From an uncultured Chloroflexota bacterium (GTDB lineage Bacteria; Chloroflexota; Limnocylindria; Limnocylindrales; CSP1-4): a DNA stretch of 64,000 bases. The stretch covers positions 25,955 to 89,954 of the forward strand of contig CAMTVM010000019.1 in the NCBI GenBank assembly GCA_947085195.1, read 5' to 3'. Under the pieces are notes generated by a model. The model was not told the DNA's origin. It saw nothing but the letters and a program-made list of their open reading frames with translations, and did no database searches. Positions 36,921 through 46,821 of this stretch are shown here, piece by piece. Position numbers and translations under genes: made by a program. The first letter of the stretch is position 1, and the number at the start of each line of letters is the position of its first letter.

Positions 36921-38144
36921 ATGCTGAGGGTAGACCTGTCGTCGTCGAAGGGGCTGCGGCGCGCGGCCTCTCTGGCGCTTGCCGCGGTGGTGCTACTCAC
37001 GGCCGCCGTGCCGACCGTGTCGGCCGACAACCGCTTCCCGTGGCACCCGCAGACGTGGACCCTTGGCCGATCGACATCGACCTGGCGTACGGGCAGTGAC
37101 TCGATGTACTTCTGGGCCCGCATGACGTGGGACGCAGACAACGCATCGAACATGCGGCACATGGCGACCCACGGCTACCGGTTCACCCACGACGTCCAGG
37201 ACACCTCGAACGACGGGGCCGCGAACAACAACCTCAACGCGACCGGGCGCTACAGCACCACGATGCCCAGCCCGTACTACGACCGCGACAGGAGCGGTTT
37301 CCGTAACCACGAGGCCGAGATCACGTCGGAGAGTTCGGCGTTTCCCTCCTCGGGCGTGGAGTACATCTCCCTCGTCGAGTTCAGCCACTGGTACTCGATC
37401 ACGGGTAGCACTGGCACAAACTGGTTCTGGGACCCGAGTGGCGACTCCGTGACCCAACCGGCCCAGGTCTCCGCCCCGGGATGCCCGGTCCTCTGCGACA
37501 AGTGGGATGCCGCGCAGGGGCTCGCGGACAAGATCATGGGCTACACCGCCTACCCGTCGAAGGCTGCCCCGGCAGCGGCACCCGTGGCCGAGGCGGACGT
37601 TGTTCTCGCGGAGGGTGCCGTGTCCCAAGGCGCCCGCGCCAGCGGCAAGGCGGCCTACAAGGTGGAGCGCCACCACGGCCAGATCGTCCTCGAGGCGGAT
37701 CTCTCCGACGGCCTCCGCGCCTACCTCGACACGGCCACGGCCGCAGCCACCACCATTGCCGTCGATGGTGCGAGTCGCGGGATCCTCACCTTCGCCGAGC
37801 CGGTGACGTTCGCCGATCTCCGTGCCCTGGAGCGACAGGGCGTGATCGTGGAGACGATCGAGGCCGTCACGGCCAACGACCATGGCCCTCGCTGGACGCT
37901 CGGGTCCCCGATGGACGACGCTACTGCCGCTTGGATCAGGGACGCCGCGGCCGAGACCGGCGAGCGGCTGCTGGGGATCACGTCCGCACAGGTAGTGGTC
38001 GATGCATCGTCACTGCGCAACGCCCTGGATGACCCGCTCGTCTACCTTGTCGATCTCTCCATCGAGCACTTCGGCCGGGGGCACGCAGACAAGGATGACA
38101 TCGTCATGAACGACGTGTACTGGGCAGTCGCTGGATGGGAGTGA
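36921..38144 (+). CDS. Hypothetical secreted two-domain protein
   Basis: Signal-like RRAASLALAAVVLLTAAVPTVSA, aromatic/Ser/Thr-rich domain, KAAPAAAP linker; atypical codon usage. Confidence 0.7.
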   Translation: MLRVDLSSSKGLRRAASLALAAVVLLTAAVPTVSADNRFPWHPQTWTLGRSTSTWRTGSDSMYFWARMTWDADNASNMRHMATHGYRFTHDVQDTSNDGAANNNLNATGRYSTTMPSPYYDRDRSGFRNHEAEITSESSAFPSSGVEYISLVEFSHWYSITGSTGTNWFWDPSGDSVTQPAQVSAPGCPVLCDKWDAAQGLADKIMGYTAYPSKAAPAAAPVAEADVVLAEGAVSQGARASGKAAYKVERHHGQIVLEADLSDGLRAYLDTATAAATTIAVDGASRGILTFAEPVTFADLRALERQGVIVETIEAVTANDHGPRWTLGSPMDDATAAWIRDAAAETGERLLGITSAQVVVDASSLRNALDDPLVYLVDLSIEHFGRGHADKDDIVMNDVYWAVAGWE

Positions 38145-38620
38145 TCCGCACACTCTCCTCGGCCCTGCTCGTCATCGCCCTCGTCGCCGGCTGCTCGTAC
38201 CTCACGCCCGAGCCGGATGACCCAGGCGAGCAGGTAGGTGGCCCGCCCGAGACAGCGGAGGCGGTGGTCACGACATGGCTCAGCCAGGTCATCTCGGGCA
38301 AGGACGACCTCGGCTGGAGCATGATCTACCCGAACACGCGCCGCGATCTCTTCGTGACCGAGGCGGCGTACCGGGTGGCTGTCGAGAAGAGCGACTGGTC
38401 CGGCGTCTCGTTCCGGGTGAATAACATCGCCGTGACCGACGGCGAGTACCGGGTCCATGTCGAGCTGCGAATCAAGGACGGCGGTGCGCCACCACCATTC
38501 CTGGCCGAGTGGGGCGTGCTGCAGACGACCGAACCTTCGACCGCAGGCCGGGTGGTTGGGTTCATCACTGTCCGCCTCGGGGTGGACGGTGAGCCATCCG
38601 GCATCCAGGCGACTGGCTGA
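38141..38620 (+). CDS. Hypothetical lipoprotein
   Basis: MIRTLSSALLVIALVAGC lipobox; GTGA overlap with upstream gene. Confidence 0.7.
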   Translation: MIRTLSSALLVIALVAGCSYLTPEPDDPGEQVGGPPETAEAVVTTWLSQVISGKDDLGWSMIYPNTRRDLFVTEAAYRVAVEKSDWSGVSFRVNNIAVTDGEYRVHVELRIKDGGAPPPFLAEWGVLQTTEPSTAGRVVGFITVRLGVDGEPSGIQATG

Positions 38621-38797
38621 CTGGTTCCCGGCCGAGGAGCGCCGGAGCAACCCAGATGGCCGCTACCCCGGCCAGCAATAGAGGCAACTGCCGGAATCGG
38701 TGCGGCCAACTCCTTCAGCAATCGAGCCGCGGACCAGAGGCTTGTGCTCCACGCCGATCACGACCAGGTCGGCGCGTTCCGGGCATCATGGGCGGCG

Positions 38798-39994
38798 ATG
38801 CAATCCCCGTCCCGGTCCACGGGCGGTCGCGCGCCGGCCGTCGTCTCGGTGGCCGCGCTCGTCCTGGTCTCGCTCGCGCTCCGGCCACAGGTCGCCGCGA
38901 TCGGGCCTTTGGCCACCACCATCCGTGACGATCTCGGCGCGTCGCACGCCGTCCTCGGCCTGCTGACAACGATCCCCGTCCTGTGCATGGGCCTGTTCGC
39001 GCCGTTCGGCCTCCCCCTGGCGCGGCGCCTGGGGCCGCGGAACGCCATCGCCGTGAGCGTCGCCCTGGTCGGACTGTTCGGGGTCGCCCGCGTCGCGGCC
39101 CCCGGCATCGGGCTCGTCCTGCTGCTGACGTTCGGCGTCGGGCTGGGGATGGGCGTCATCGGACCCGTGCTCGCGATGTTCGTGCGCTCACGGATGCCGA
39201 CCCGGCTGCTCCTGGGCACGTCGGCGTACGCCTCGGGGACCGTCGTGGGCGCGGCCATCGCGGCCGCCATCGTGGTGCCGGTCGCCATCGCGGCCGGCTC
39301 CTGGCGCGCACCGCTGCTCGGGCTGTCGGTCGCCGCCGCCGTCGGCGTCATCGCGTGGTTGAGGCTGACCGTGCCGGATCCCCCACGCGATCCCGCGCCT
39401 GCAGCGGGGTCGCCCTGGCCGCGCATGCCGTGGCGGCGGGGTGTGGCGTGGGTCCTGGGGCTGGCGTTCGGGATGCAGTCCTGGCTCTACTACGGCGCGA
39501 TCGCATGGCTGGCGAGCGCCTACGTCGAGCGGGGCTGGAGAACCGAGGACGCCGGCCTGCTGATCACCACGTTCAGCCTGGCGATCTTCGGGGCCACCCT
39601 GCTGGTGCCGTCGCTCGGCCGATGGCTGCCGCATCGCCGGCAGCAGCTGCTGTTCTCGGCGGCGCTGTCGACGACCGGGCTGCTGGGCGTGAGCCTCGTC
39701 CCCGGGCCGGCCTTCGTGTGGGCCGTGGTGCTCGGTGCGGGGCTCGGGGCGTACTTCGCGCTCGTGCTCACGCTGCCCACCGACGTGAGCCACGAGCCGG
39801 CCGAGGTCGGCAGCATGGCGGCGCTGATGCTGCTGGTCGGCTACCTCCTCGCTGCCGCGGCGCCGTTCGTCCTCGGCGCGGTCCGCGACGTGACGGGCAA
39901 CTTCTCCGCCAGCCTGTGGCTGCTGGTGGCGATCTCCGTCGCGCTCCTGCCGGTCTCGTGGACGCTCACCCCGGAGCACCTGCGTCGGCGCTGA
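38798..39994 (+). CDS. MFS transporter, CynX/NimT-like
   Basis: LRPQVAAIGPL, LLTTIPVLCMGLFAP, GMQSWLYY, GAVRDVTG. Confidence 0.85.
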   Translation: MQSPSRSTGGRAPAVVSVAALVLVSLALRPQVAAIGPLATTIRDDLGASHAVLGLLTTIPVLCMGLFAPFGLPLARRLGPRNAIAVSVALVGLFGVARVAAPGIGLVLLLTFGVGLGMGVIGPVLAMFVRSRMPTRLLLGTSAYASGTVVGAAIAAAIVVPVAIAAGSWRAPLLGLSVAAAVGVIAWLRLTVPDPPRDPAPAAGSPWPRMPWRRGVAWVLGLAFGMQSWLYYGAIAWLASAYVERGWRTEDAGLLITTFSLAIFGATLLVPSLGRWLPHRRQQLLFSAALSTTGLLGVSLVPGPAFVWAVVLGAGLGAYFALVLTLPTDVSHEPAEVGSMAALMLLVGYLLAAAAPFVLGAVRDVTGNFSASLWLLVAISVALLPVSWTLTPEHLRRR

Positions 39995-40042
39995 CGGGCA
40001 CCATCGGCCGTACCCTAGGCGCCACGCACCTGGAGGTGGAGC

Positions 40043-41073
40043 ATGGCAGGTCGCCGGCGGGTCGCCGTCATCGGACCTGGGTTCATCGCGCAGCGGCACC
40101 TGGAGGTGCTGAGCACCGAGCCGGACGTGGAGCTGGTGGGGATCCTGGGGCGCCGGGGGGACGCCGCCGCGGACGCCGCCCGGCGCTTCGGCGGACGACC
40201 CTACACGGACCTCGAAGCGATGCTGGACCGCGAACAACCGGAGGCCGCCTGGATCTGCCTCCCGCCCGACCAGCACGGAGCGGTGGAGCTGGCCCTGGTC
40301 GAGCGCGGGATCCACCTGTTCGTGGAGAAGCCGCTGGCCGGCGATACCGCGACGCCCGAGCGGATCGCGAAGGCCATCGGCACCGCCGGGGTCATCGCCG
40401 GCGTCGCCTACCACTGGCGCGCGAGGGACACGCTGGGCGAGGTGGAGGATGTCATCGCGGCCAACCCGGTGAAGCTCCTCAACGGCCACTGGCACGACAG
40501 CCTGCCCGGCCCCGCCTGGTGGCGTGACGAAACCCGCGGCGGGGGCAGATGGTGGAGCAGGCGACCCACCTCGTGGACCTCTCCCGCCGGCTCCTGGGTG
40601 AGGCCACGGTCGTCGCCGCCACCGCGGACCGGCACGCCCATTCCGACCACCCGGAGATGACCGTCGCCGACGTGAGCACCGCGATCGTCCGCTACGAAGC
40701 CGGGCCGGTCGGCACGTTCACCGCCACCTGCATCCGGGGTGGCACCAGCGCCCAGGAGATCCGCCTGTTCGCGGACGGCCTGGCCATCACGATCCGCCAG
40801 CAGGGCGTGCTGTTCGAGGAGGCGCGGGTGAAGGCCGTCACCGCGGCCGACGGCTTCACGGGCAGTCGGCTGCGGGGCGTCACGGCGACCCGGTACATCC
40901 CGACCGGCAACGACCCGTTCCGGGACGAGGACCGCGCGTTCCTGGACGCGATCCGCCACGGAGACGCCGGCCGCCTGTTCAGCAGCTACGCCGACGCCCT
41001 GCTCACGCACCGCCTGACGTGCGCCATCCGCTCGGCTGCCGCGGCGGCACCCGGAGGAGCGGGCGCAACCTGA
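40043..41073 (+). pseudogene. Gfo/Idh/MocA oxidoreductase split by a 1-nt frameshift near 40545
   Basis: IGPGFIA, EKP in ORF 40043; GGG-QMVEQATHLVD continues in another frame after GGC GGG GGC. Confidence 0.8.
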
Positions 41074-41092
41074 TCCGCGTCGTCGCCCGGTG

Positions 41093-43441
41093 TCAGGCGG
41101 CTGACGCCATCACCGGCGCCGCCTCTGGGTGCTCGTCGCCGAGCGACAGGTACAGCTCCTCCTCCTGGGCCATGTGCAGGCGCAGGATCGCGTCCAGTCC
41201 GTACAGCACGCGCCGGAGGTCGGTGAGGTCGTCGGGGCCGGGGCCCTCCTGCGGGATCTCGGCCACCAGCCGGTCCATGAACCGGACCAGGTGGAAGATC
41301 TCGGTGTGCGTCCGGTGGAGGGCGGCGGTCGCGTCGTCGTTGCCGAATGCGTTCGCGAGGAGCGGGAAGACCTCGCGATCCTCGCCCTCCTCGTGCGGGA
41401 TGAGCGTCTCGGTCAGGAAGGACCGGATCTGGTGCAGCTCGTCGAGCGCCCGCCTCGGGGGCATGGAGCCGAGGCCATCGGCGAGGGCGCGGATGCCGGC
41501 GAGGGACGGCGCCAGCTCGCGGTGCTCGTTGTGCAACCTGGCGCTGATCTCCGTCCAGCCCGGGATCCTGGGCGTCTTCTCGAGCCCGCCGGTCAGCGCC
41601 CGCAGCGCGTTGAGGATCACGATGACGTCGATCACCTCCTGGACCAGCGCTCCCGCGACGGGCGGTAGCAGGCCCGTCATCGCGAACAGCATGGCGGCGA
41701 AGGACAGGCCCATGCCGATGGCCACGCTCTGGATCGCGATCAGCCGCGATCGGCGGGCGATCCGGATCGCCTCCGGCAGCCGGTCCAGGCGGTCGACGGT
41801 GATGACGATGTCCGCGGCCTCGGAGCTGGCCGTCGCCCCCCGGGCGCCCATCGCCACGCCGACGTCCGCGGCAGCCAGGGCGGGCGCGTCGTTGATGCCG
41901 TCGCCGACCATGACCAGGATCCCGTCGGCGCCGGCGCGCTCATCCGCGACCGCATCCACCTTGTCGGCCGGGGTGCGCTCGGCCAGCAGGGCATCCACCC
42001 CGATCGCCGCGGCGACCATGTCCGCGACGCCATAGTGATCCCCGGTCACCATGACCGTGCGCCGTACGCCGGCGCGCCGGAGTGAGCGGATGACCCTCGG
42101 CGTCTCCGGGCGGATCGGGTCCTCGAGCACCAGCGCCCCGACCAGCGCTCCGTCCACCGACACGAACACGCTGGTTGCGCCCTCGAGGCCGACTCGCCGG
42201 CGGACGTCGCGGGCCCAGTCGGGCAGCCCCGTTCCGCCGCTGGCGTAGTCGGGCGTGCCGGCGAGGACCACGCGGCCGCCCACACGACCCGAAACCCCGG
42301 CTCCGGGTACCTCGACGACCCCCTCGGGAAGGACGAGGGCGACGCCGCGCTCTCGGGCGCCCCCGACGATGGAGGACGCCAGCACGTGCGGTGACACCTG
42401 TTCCAGGGAGGCCGCCATCCCCAGCACTTGGTCGGGCGTCCAGCCGGATGCGGTGACCACATCGGCCAGGCGCGGGCGGCCGGCCGTCAGCGTGCCGGTC
42501 TTGTCGAACAGCATGACGCGAGCGCGGGCGAGCGACTCCAGGGCGCCGCCGCCCTTCACGATGATCCCGCGCTTGGCCGACCGGCTGATCCCCGCCACGA
42601 TCGCGATCGGCACCGCGAGCAGCAGGGGGCACGGCGTCGCGACCACGAGGACCGCGAGCGCCCGGACGGGATCCCCGGACAGGAGCCAGGCCAGCCCGGC
42701 CATGCCGAGGGCGAGCGGGACGAACAGCAGTGCATAGCGGTCCGCGAGGCGGACGAACGGCGCCCTCGACGACTGCGCCTCCTCGACCAGCCGCACGATG
42801 CCGGCGTACGTGCTGCGCTCCGCGGTCGCGGTCGCGTTGAGGTCGAACGGGGCACCGGCGTTCACCGTGCCCGAGTTCACGGCATCGCCGGCCTCGCGGG
42901 TGGCCAGGCGTGATTCGCCCGTCAGCGCGGCTTCGTCCAAAACGGCCGTCGTCCCAGTGACCGTGCCGTCCACGGGGACGACCTCGCCGGGCTTGACCAG
43001 GATCCGGTCACCGACCTCGACCTCCGCGATGGGGCGGTCGACGATGCCGCCGTCCTCGTGACGGTGGACGATCCGCGGCGCCCTGGAGATCAGTGCCGAC
43101 AGTTCACGGCGGGCCCTGCCGGCGGCGAATCGCTCGAGCCAGACCCCGGTCGCAAGCATGACCGCGATGACCGCGGCCGCGAGCGACTCGCCGAGCAGGA
43201 GCGCACCGCCGATCGCCAGCACGGCGATGATGTCCACCCCGGCCTTCCTGGCGAGCAGATCCGCGACGATCGAGGCCGCCAGCCAGATCCCGACGATCGC
43301 CGCCGGGACGGTCCACGCCCACCAGGCGGGGTCCTCCAGGCCGGCGACGGTGGCGACGATGCCGAGTGCGAGCCCGCCGATGGTGAACGGCAGCATGAGG
43401 CGCTCTGCCAGCGAGCCGAGCGCGGCGAGTCCCCGGGTCAT
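41093..43441 (-). CDS. Heavy-metal P1B-5-type ATPase with C-terminal hemerythrin domain
   Basis: TGES, ATPCPL, DKTGT, GDGINDAP, QEVID; tail with EH, HEEGED, TH, HMAQEE motifs. Confidence 0.9.
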   Translation of the reverse strand: MTRGLAALGSLAERLMLPFTIGGLALGIVATVAGLEDPAWWAWTVPAAIVGIWLAASIVADLLARKAGVDIIAVLAIGGALLLGESLAAAVIAVMLATGVWLERFAAGRARRELSALISRAPRIVHRHEDGGIVDRPIAEVEVGDRILVKPGEVVPVDGTVTGTTAVLDEAALTGESRLATREAGDAVNSGTVNAGAPFDLNATATAERSTYAGIVRLVEEAQSSRAPFVRLADRYALLFVPLALGMAGLAWLLSGDPVRALAVLVVATPCPLLLAVPIAIVAGISRSAKRGIIVKGGGALESLARARVMLFDKTGTLTAGRPRLADVVTASGWTPDQVLGMAASLEQVSPHVLASSIVGGARERGVALVLPEGVVEVPGAGVSGRVGGRVVLAGTPDYASGGTGLPDWARDVRRRVGLEGATSVFVSVDGALVGALVLEDPIRPETPRVIRSLRRAGVRRTVMVTGDHYGVADMVAAAIGVDALLAERTPADKVDAVADERAGADGILVMVGDGINDAPALAAADVGVAMGARGATASSEAADIVITVDRLDRLPEAIRIARRSRLIAIQSVAIGMGLSFAAMLFAMTGLLPPVAGALVQEVIDVIVILNALRALTGGLEKTPRIPGWTEISARLHNEHRELAPSLAGIRALADGLGSMPPRRALDELHQIRSFLTETLIPHEEGEDREVFPLLANAFGNDDATAALHRTHTEIFHLVRFMDRLVAEIPQEGPGPDDLTDLRRVLYGLDAILRLHMAQEEELYLSLGDEHPEAAPVMASAA

Positions 43442-44112
43442 CGCCGGCTCATCCGTGAGGCCGGTCCGCCGGACCCGAGCAGGGCGTCCGTCCACGCACC
43501 GACGCCGCTCCACACACGGTCCACCCCGGCGGCCCGGAACACCGCCTCCGGCGTCGTCGTGCCGACCGCCACGAACGAGGCCCCGGCGGCGAGGGTCATC
43601 TCGAGGTCCACCGGCGTGTCCCCCACGTAGACGGTCGCCGAGGGCGCCACCCCGAGCTCCTCGAGGGCACGGAGGAGCGCCTCCGGGTGCGGCTTGGACC
43701 GGGCGACGTCGTCCGAGTAGAGGGCCGCCTCGAACACGCCGCCCAGGTTGAGGCGCGCGATGCTCGGCTCCACGACGCCGCGCGTGGACGCGGTCACCAG
43801 CCCAACGCGGATCCCGCGCGCACGGAGCCGCCGGAGTGCGCCCCTGGCCCACGGCAGCGCGCGGGGCCGCATCCGGGACATCTCCGCCGCCCAGCGCCCC
43901 GCCATCTCGTCCCACAGGCGCTCCGGGATCCCCAGCTCCAGGTACGAGCGGCGCCAGTCCGGTGTGTAGTGCTCGCGGAACCACTCACGGCTCATCTCGA
44001 TGCCGTATCCGCGCAGGGCAGCCACGTTGGCGCGATAGATCATGGACATCGTGTCCACGAGGGTGCCGTCCCAGTCGAACAGGACGGCCTCGGGGAGGGG
44101 TGGTCTCGTCAC
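43438..44112 (-). CDS. HAD family hydrolase
   Basis: FDWDGTLVDT, KPHP, YVGDT. Confidence 0.88.
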   Translation of the reverse strand: MTRPPLPEAVLFDWDGTLVDTMSMIYRANVAALRGYGIEMSREWFREHYTPDWRRSYLELGIPERLWDEMAGRWAAEMSRMRPRALPWARGALRRLRARGIRVGLVTASTRGVVEPSIARLNLGGVFEAALYSDDVARSKPHPEALLRALEELGVAPSATVYVGDTPVDLEMTLAAGASFVAVGTTTPEAVFRAAGVDRVWSGVGAWTDALLGSGGPASRMSRR

Positions 44113-44179
44113 TCCCTGATCGTAGGGGAGCTGGCGAAGGCGTGGGTCGCTGCTGCGCCCCCGTTCGCCACGCGGTGCG

Positions 44180-44809
44180 CTACCCGGCGATGCCGAGCGC
44201 CATGGCCGAGACGCCGAAGGCGGCGATCACGAGCGCCGACACGAGGTTGAGCCCGCGGACGATGCCCGGTGTGAGGCGCGCCCGGAGCCCCGCGACGACG
44301 CCTGTCAGGACGACCCACCAGGTGACCGAGCCGGTAAAGACGCCGGCGACGACCAGCGCGGCGCCGGCGGGACCACCCGTGCCCGCACCGATGCTCGCAA
44401 ACAGGGCGACGAAGGCGAGGATGGTCGCGGGATTGGTGAGCGTGAGCCCCACCATCGTTGCAAAGGCCGTGACGAGCCCGCCGGGACGCCGGCCGTCGGA
44501 CCGTGCCTCCGCTGCCGGTCCGGTCAGCGCTGCACGGAATGCGCGGACGGCCATGACGAGCAGGATGGCGCCTCCAACCACGCCCAGCGGACGATCGACG
44601 CCGACCAGGACCTCGGTGACGGCGGTCAGGCCGAAGGCGGCGATGGCGCCGTAGGCGGCGTCCGCGGTCGCGACCCCGACGCCCGAGAGCAACCCGTGGG
44701 CCAGGCCCCGATCGATCGTCCGCCGGATGACCAGGAGCCCGATCGGCCCGAGCGCGAACGCGACGGCAAAGCCGATCGCAAGCCCCCGCAGGAAGAACTC
44801 CGGGTTCAG
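44180..44809 (-). CDS. LysE family translocator (probable CTG start)
   Basis: LNPEFFLRGLAIGFAVAFALGPIGLLVIRRT..G, GVATADAAY, LTLTNP; homology extends upstream of the track start 44692. Confidence 0.85.
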   Translation of the reverse strand: MNPEFFLRGLAIGFAVAFALGPIGLLVIRRTIDRGLAHGLLSGVGVATADAAYGAIAAFGLTAVTEVLVGVDRPLGVVGGAILLVMAVRAFRAALTGPAAEARSDGRRPGGLVTAFATMVGLTLTNPATILAFVALFASIGAGTGGPAGAALVVAGVFTGSVTWWVVLTGVVAGLRARLTPGIVRGLNLVSALVIAAFGVSAMALGIAG

Positions 44810-46692
44810 GGGGCCGCGATGGGTGCCGGGGCCGGCTTCGGGGTTGCGTCGCCACCCGTCGGACCGCCGGTCCCGACCAGCAGGATCCCGGTGATCGTCG
44901 CGTAGCGGGTGTAGTAGGTCTTGCGGCGCAGGACCTTGCCGTCCTCGTACACCGTCACCGTACGCCAGACCTCCATCCCGTTGACCGGGTACTCCACGCG
45001 CTTGGTCGTCCCCTGCGGGAGGCTGTTCGTGTTCTGGCGGGTGTCGGTGGCCGTGCTCCGGTTCTTGACGACCGGCTCCGAGATGACGACCCTCCGGCCG
45101 GTCGGCACGCTGTAGATCACGAAGGTGACCCAGCCCGACGAACCGGACCGGGTGTTGATCCCGCGGATCAGCACCGGGTACCTGGTGTCGTTGGTGAAGC
45201 TCATCGTCTGCCGGTAGCCGCCGCTGGAGATGAACACCGTGGCGTCCAGGCCCAGCGGGTAGCGGTCGATGTAGTAGTAGTGGTTGCGGCGGGCGCCCAT
45301 CGCGAAGCCGGCGCGGAGCGCGGCGTTGAACAGGGTGGTCGAGGTGGAGCAGATGCCGCCGGCGAGCGCGCCCTGGGGTTCGGTCTTGCCGTTGATGATC
45401 GCGCCGCCCGGCCTGTAGCCCTTTGCGCGGGTGACCGAACCGACCGCCTTCCAGAAGTCGAAGGTCTCGCCCGGACCCACCACGTAGCCGTTGATGATGC
45501 TGGTCGGGATCCAGATGTTGGCGCCGAAGCCGTTCTTCTCGCCGATCGGGAAGTAGGTCCTCCAGCGCGAGATCTCGCGCATCTTCGGCGCGACGGCCTC
45601 GGCCTCCTCGGTCGTCACGCCGGGCCGGGTGGCCGCGACGACGGGCTCCAGCAGGGGCTCGGGTGTGCCCGACTGCCGCGCCACCAGCGCGGCGAGGACG
45701 AGGTCGCGGGTGGCCGCGGTGTCGAGCCTGCGGCCCTCCGCGCTCTTGCCGCCGACGATCACGCGGCTCCCGCTGAGCTTGAAGGTGGCGCTCCTGGGCG
45801 CCTGGTTGACGCCCTTGGCGATCGGGGCGAGGAGCGGGCCGATGCCCGCCTCGTCGACCACCGGGACGACGCTGCCATCGCCGGTGGCGGCGAACGAGAT
45901 GAGCCTGCGGATGCCGGCGCCCGGGATGGTCCAGGCGTCCTCGCCGCGGGCGAGCACGAGGTCCACGGCCATCCGGTTCGCGGCGGCCACGGCGGCCTCC
46001 ACGTCGGCGGTCTCGATGGGCGGCGTGCCCGTGGTGAACGGGATCGGCAGGCGGACCTCCGACGGGGCATCGAGCCTGCTGATCTGCGCGTCGATCGCGC
46101 CTGCGAGGGCGGCGCGGTCAACGACCCGCCCGACCACCGATGGGGTGATCGAGTAGCTGAAGTCGTCCTCGACGGTGAGCGTGGCGTTCACCGCGCTGCG
46201 GTCGATGGCCACAGCGACCGCATCCACCGCCGCGGCGAACCGGTCCGGATCGTAGGTGACGGCGGCCCCGAGGGTCACGCCGCGGATCGCGGTCTGGGGC
46301 GCACCGATGAGATCCGCGACGGGTTCGCCGCGTCGGCCCGCCGCGAGAGCCGCCTCCAGCATGGAGGTGGTGTCCGGGCCGCGCCCGATCTCCGCGTAGC
46401 CGATGGTCAGGTCGCCGTCCGGGCCGGCGAGGAGCACCCGCCCCGCACCGAGCGAGCCGTATGCGTCCTCGAGGGCGGCTGCCGCGGCGTCAGCGGTGAG
46501 GCCGGACAGGTCCGTGTCGCCGATCCGGACGCCGGGCAGGACCTTGCCGGTGTACTGCTGACCGTAGGCATACAGGGCACCACCGCCGGCGCTGACCACC
46601 AGGACGACGCCCAGCAGGAACGCGATCGCGAAGCGCAGCCCCGTGGAGGAGCCGCGATGGCCGGAGGGCGCGGGGCCGGGTTCGGTGGTCAT
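44806..46692 (-). CDS. VanW family protein with peptidoglycan-binding repeats
   Basis: N-terminal TM, PGETFDF, GGICSTSTTLFNAA, RYPLGLDATV, FTNDT. Confidence 0.85.
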   Translation of the reverse strand: MTTEPGPAPSGHRGSSTGLRFAIAFLLGVVLVVSAGGGALYAYGQQYTGKVLPGVRIGDTDLSGLTADAAAAALEDAYGSLGAGRVLLAGPDGDLTIGYAEIGRGPDTTSMLEAALAAGRRGEPVADLIGAPQTAIRGVTLGAAVTYDPDRFAAAVDAVAVAIDRSAVNATLTVEDDFSYSITPSVVGRVVDRAALAGAIDAQISRLDAPSEVRLPIPFTTGTPPIETADVEAAVAAANRMAVDLVLARGEDAWTIPGAGIRRLISFAATGDGSVVPVVDEAGIGPLLAPIAKGVNQAPRSATFKLSGSRVIVGGKSAEGRRLDTAATRDLVLAALVARQSGTPEPLLEPVVAATRPGVTTEEAEAVAPKMREISRWRTYFPIGEKNGFGANIWIPTSIINGYVVGPGETFDFWKAVGSVTRAKGYRPGGAIINGKTEPQGALAGGICSTSTTLFNAALRAGFAMGARRNHYYYIDRYPLGLDATVFISSGGYRQTMSFTNDTRYPVLIRGINTRSGSSGWVTFVIYSVPTGRRVVISEPVVKNRSTATDTRQNTNSLPQGTTKRVEYPVNGMEVWRTVTVYEDGKVLRRKTYYTRYATITGILLVGTGGPTGGDATPKPAPAPIAAP

Positions 46693-46821
46693 TGGTGCTC
46701 TCGAATGCTGCGGGTCGTCACCGGGGCGGGTGCTCGGCTCAGGAACGGATCTTCGCTGGTCGGCGCTCATCCGTCACCCCCCCAATCGGATGACGAGCCT
46801 CCCTGTGACGCCAGGGGGACG

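Noticed and set aside
38620-38800. attR duplicate of the tmRNA 3' end
   Set aside because: No copy of TTCGACTCTCCCCCATCTCCACCA seen by eye; no integrase in the window
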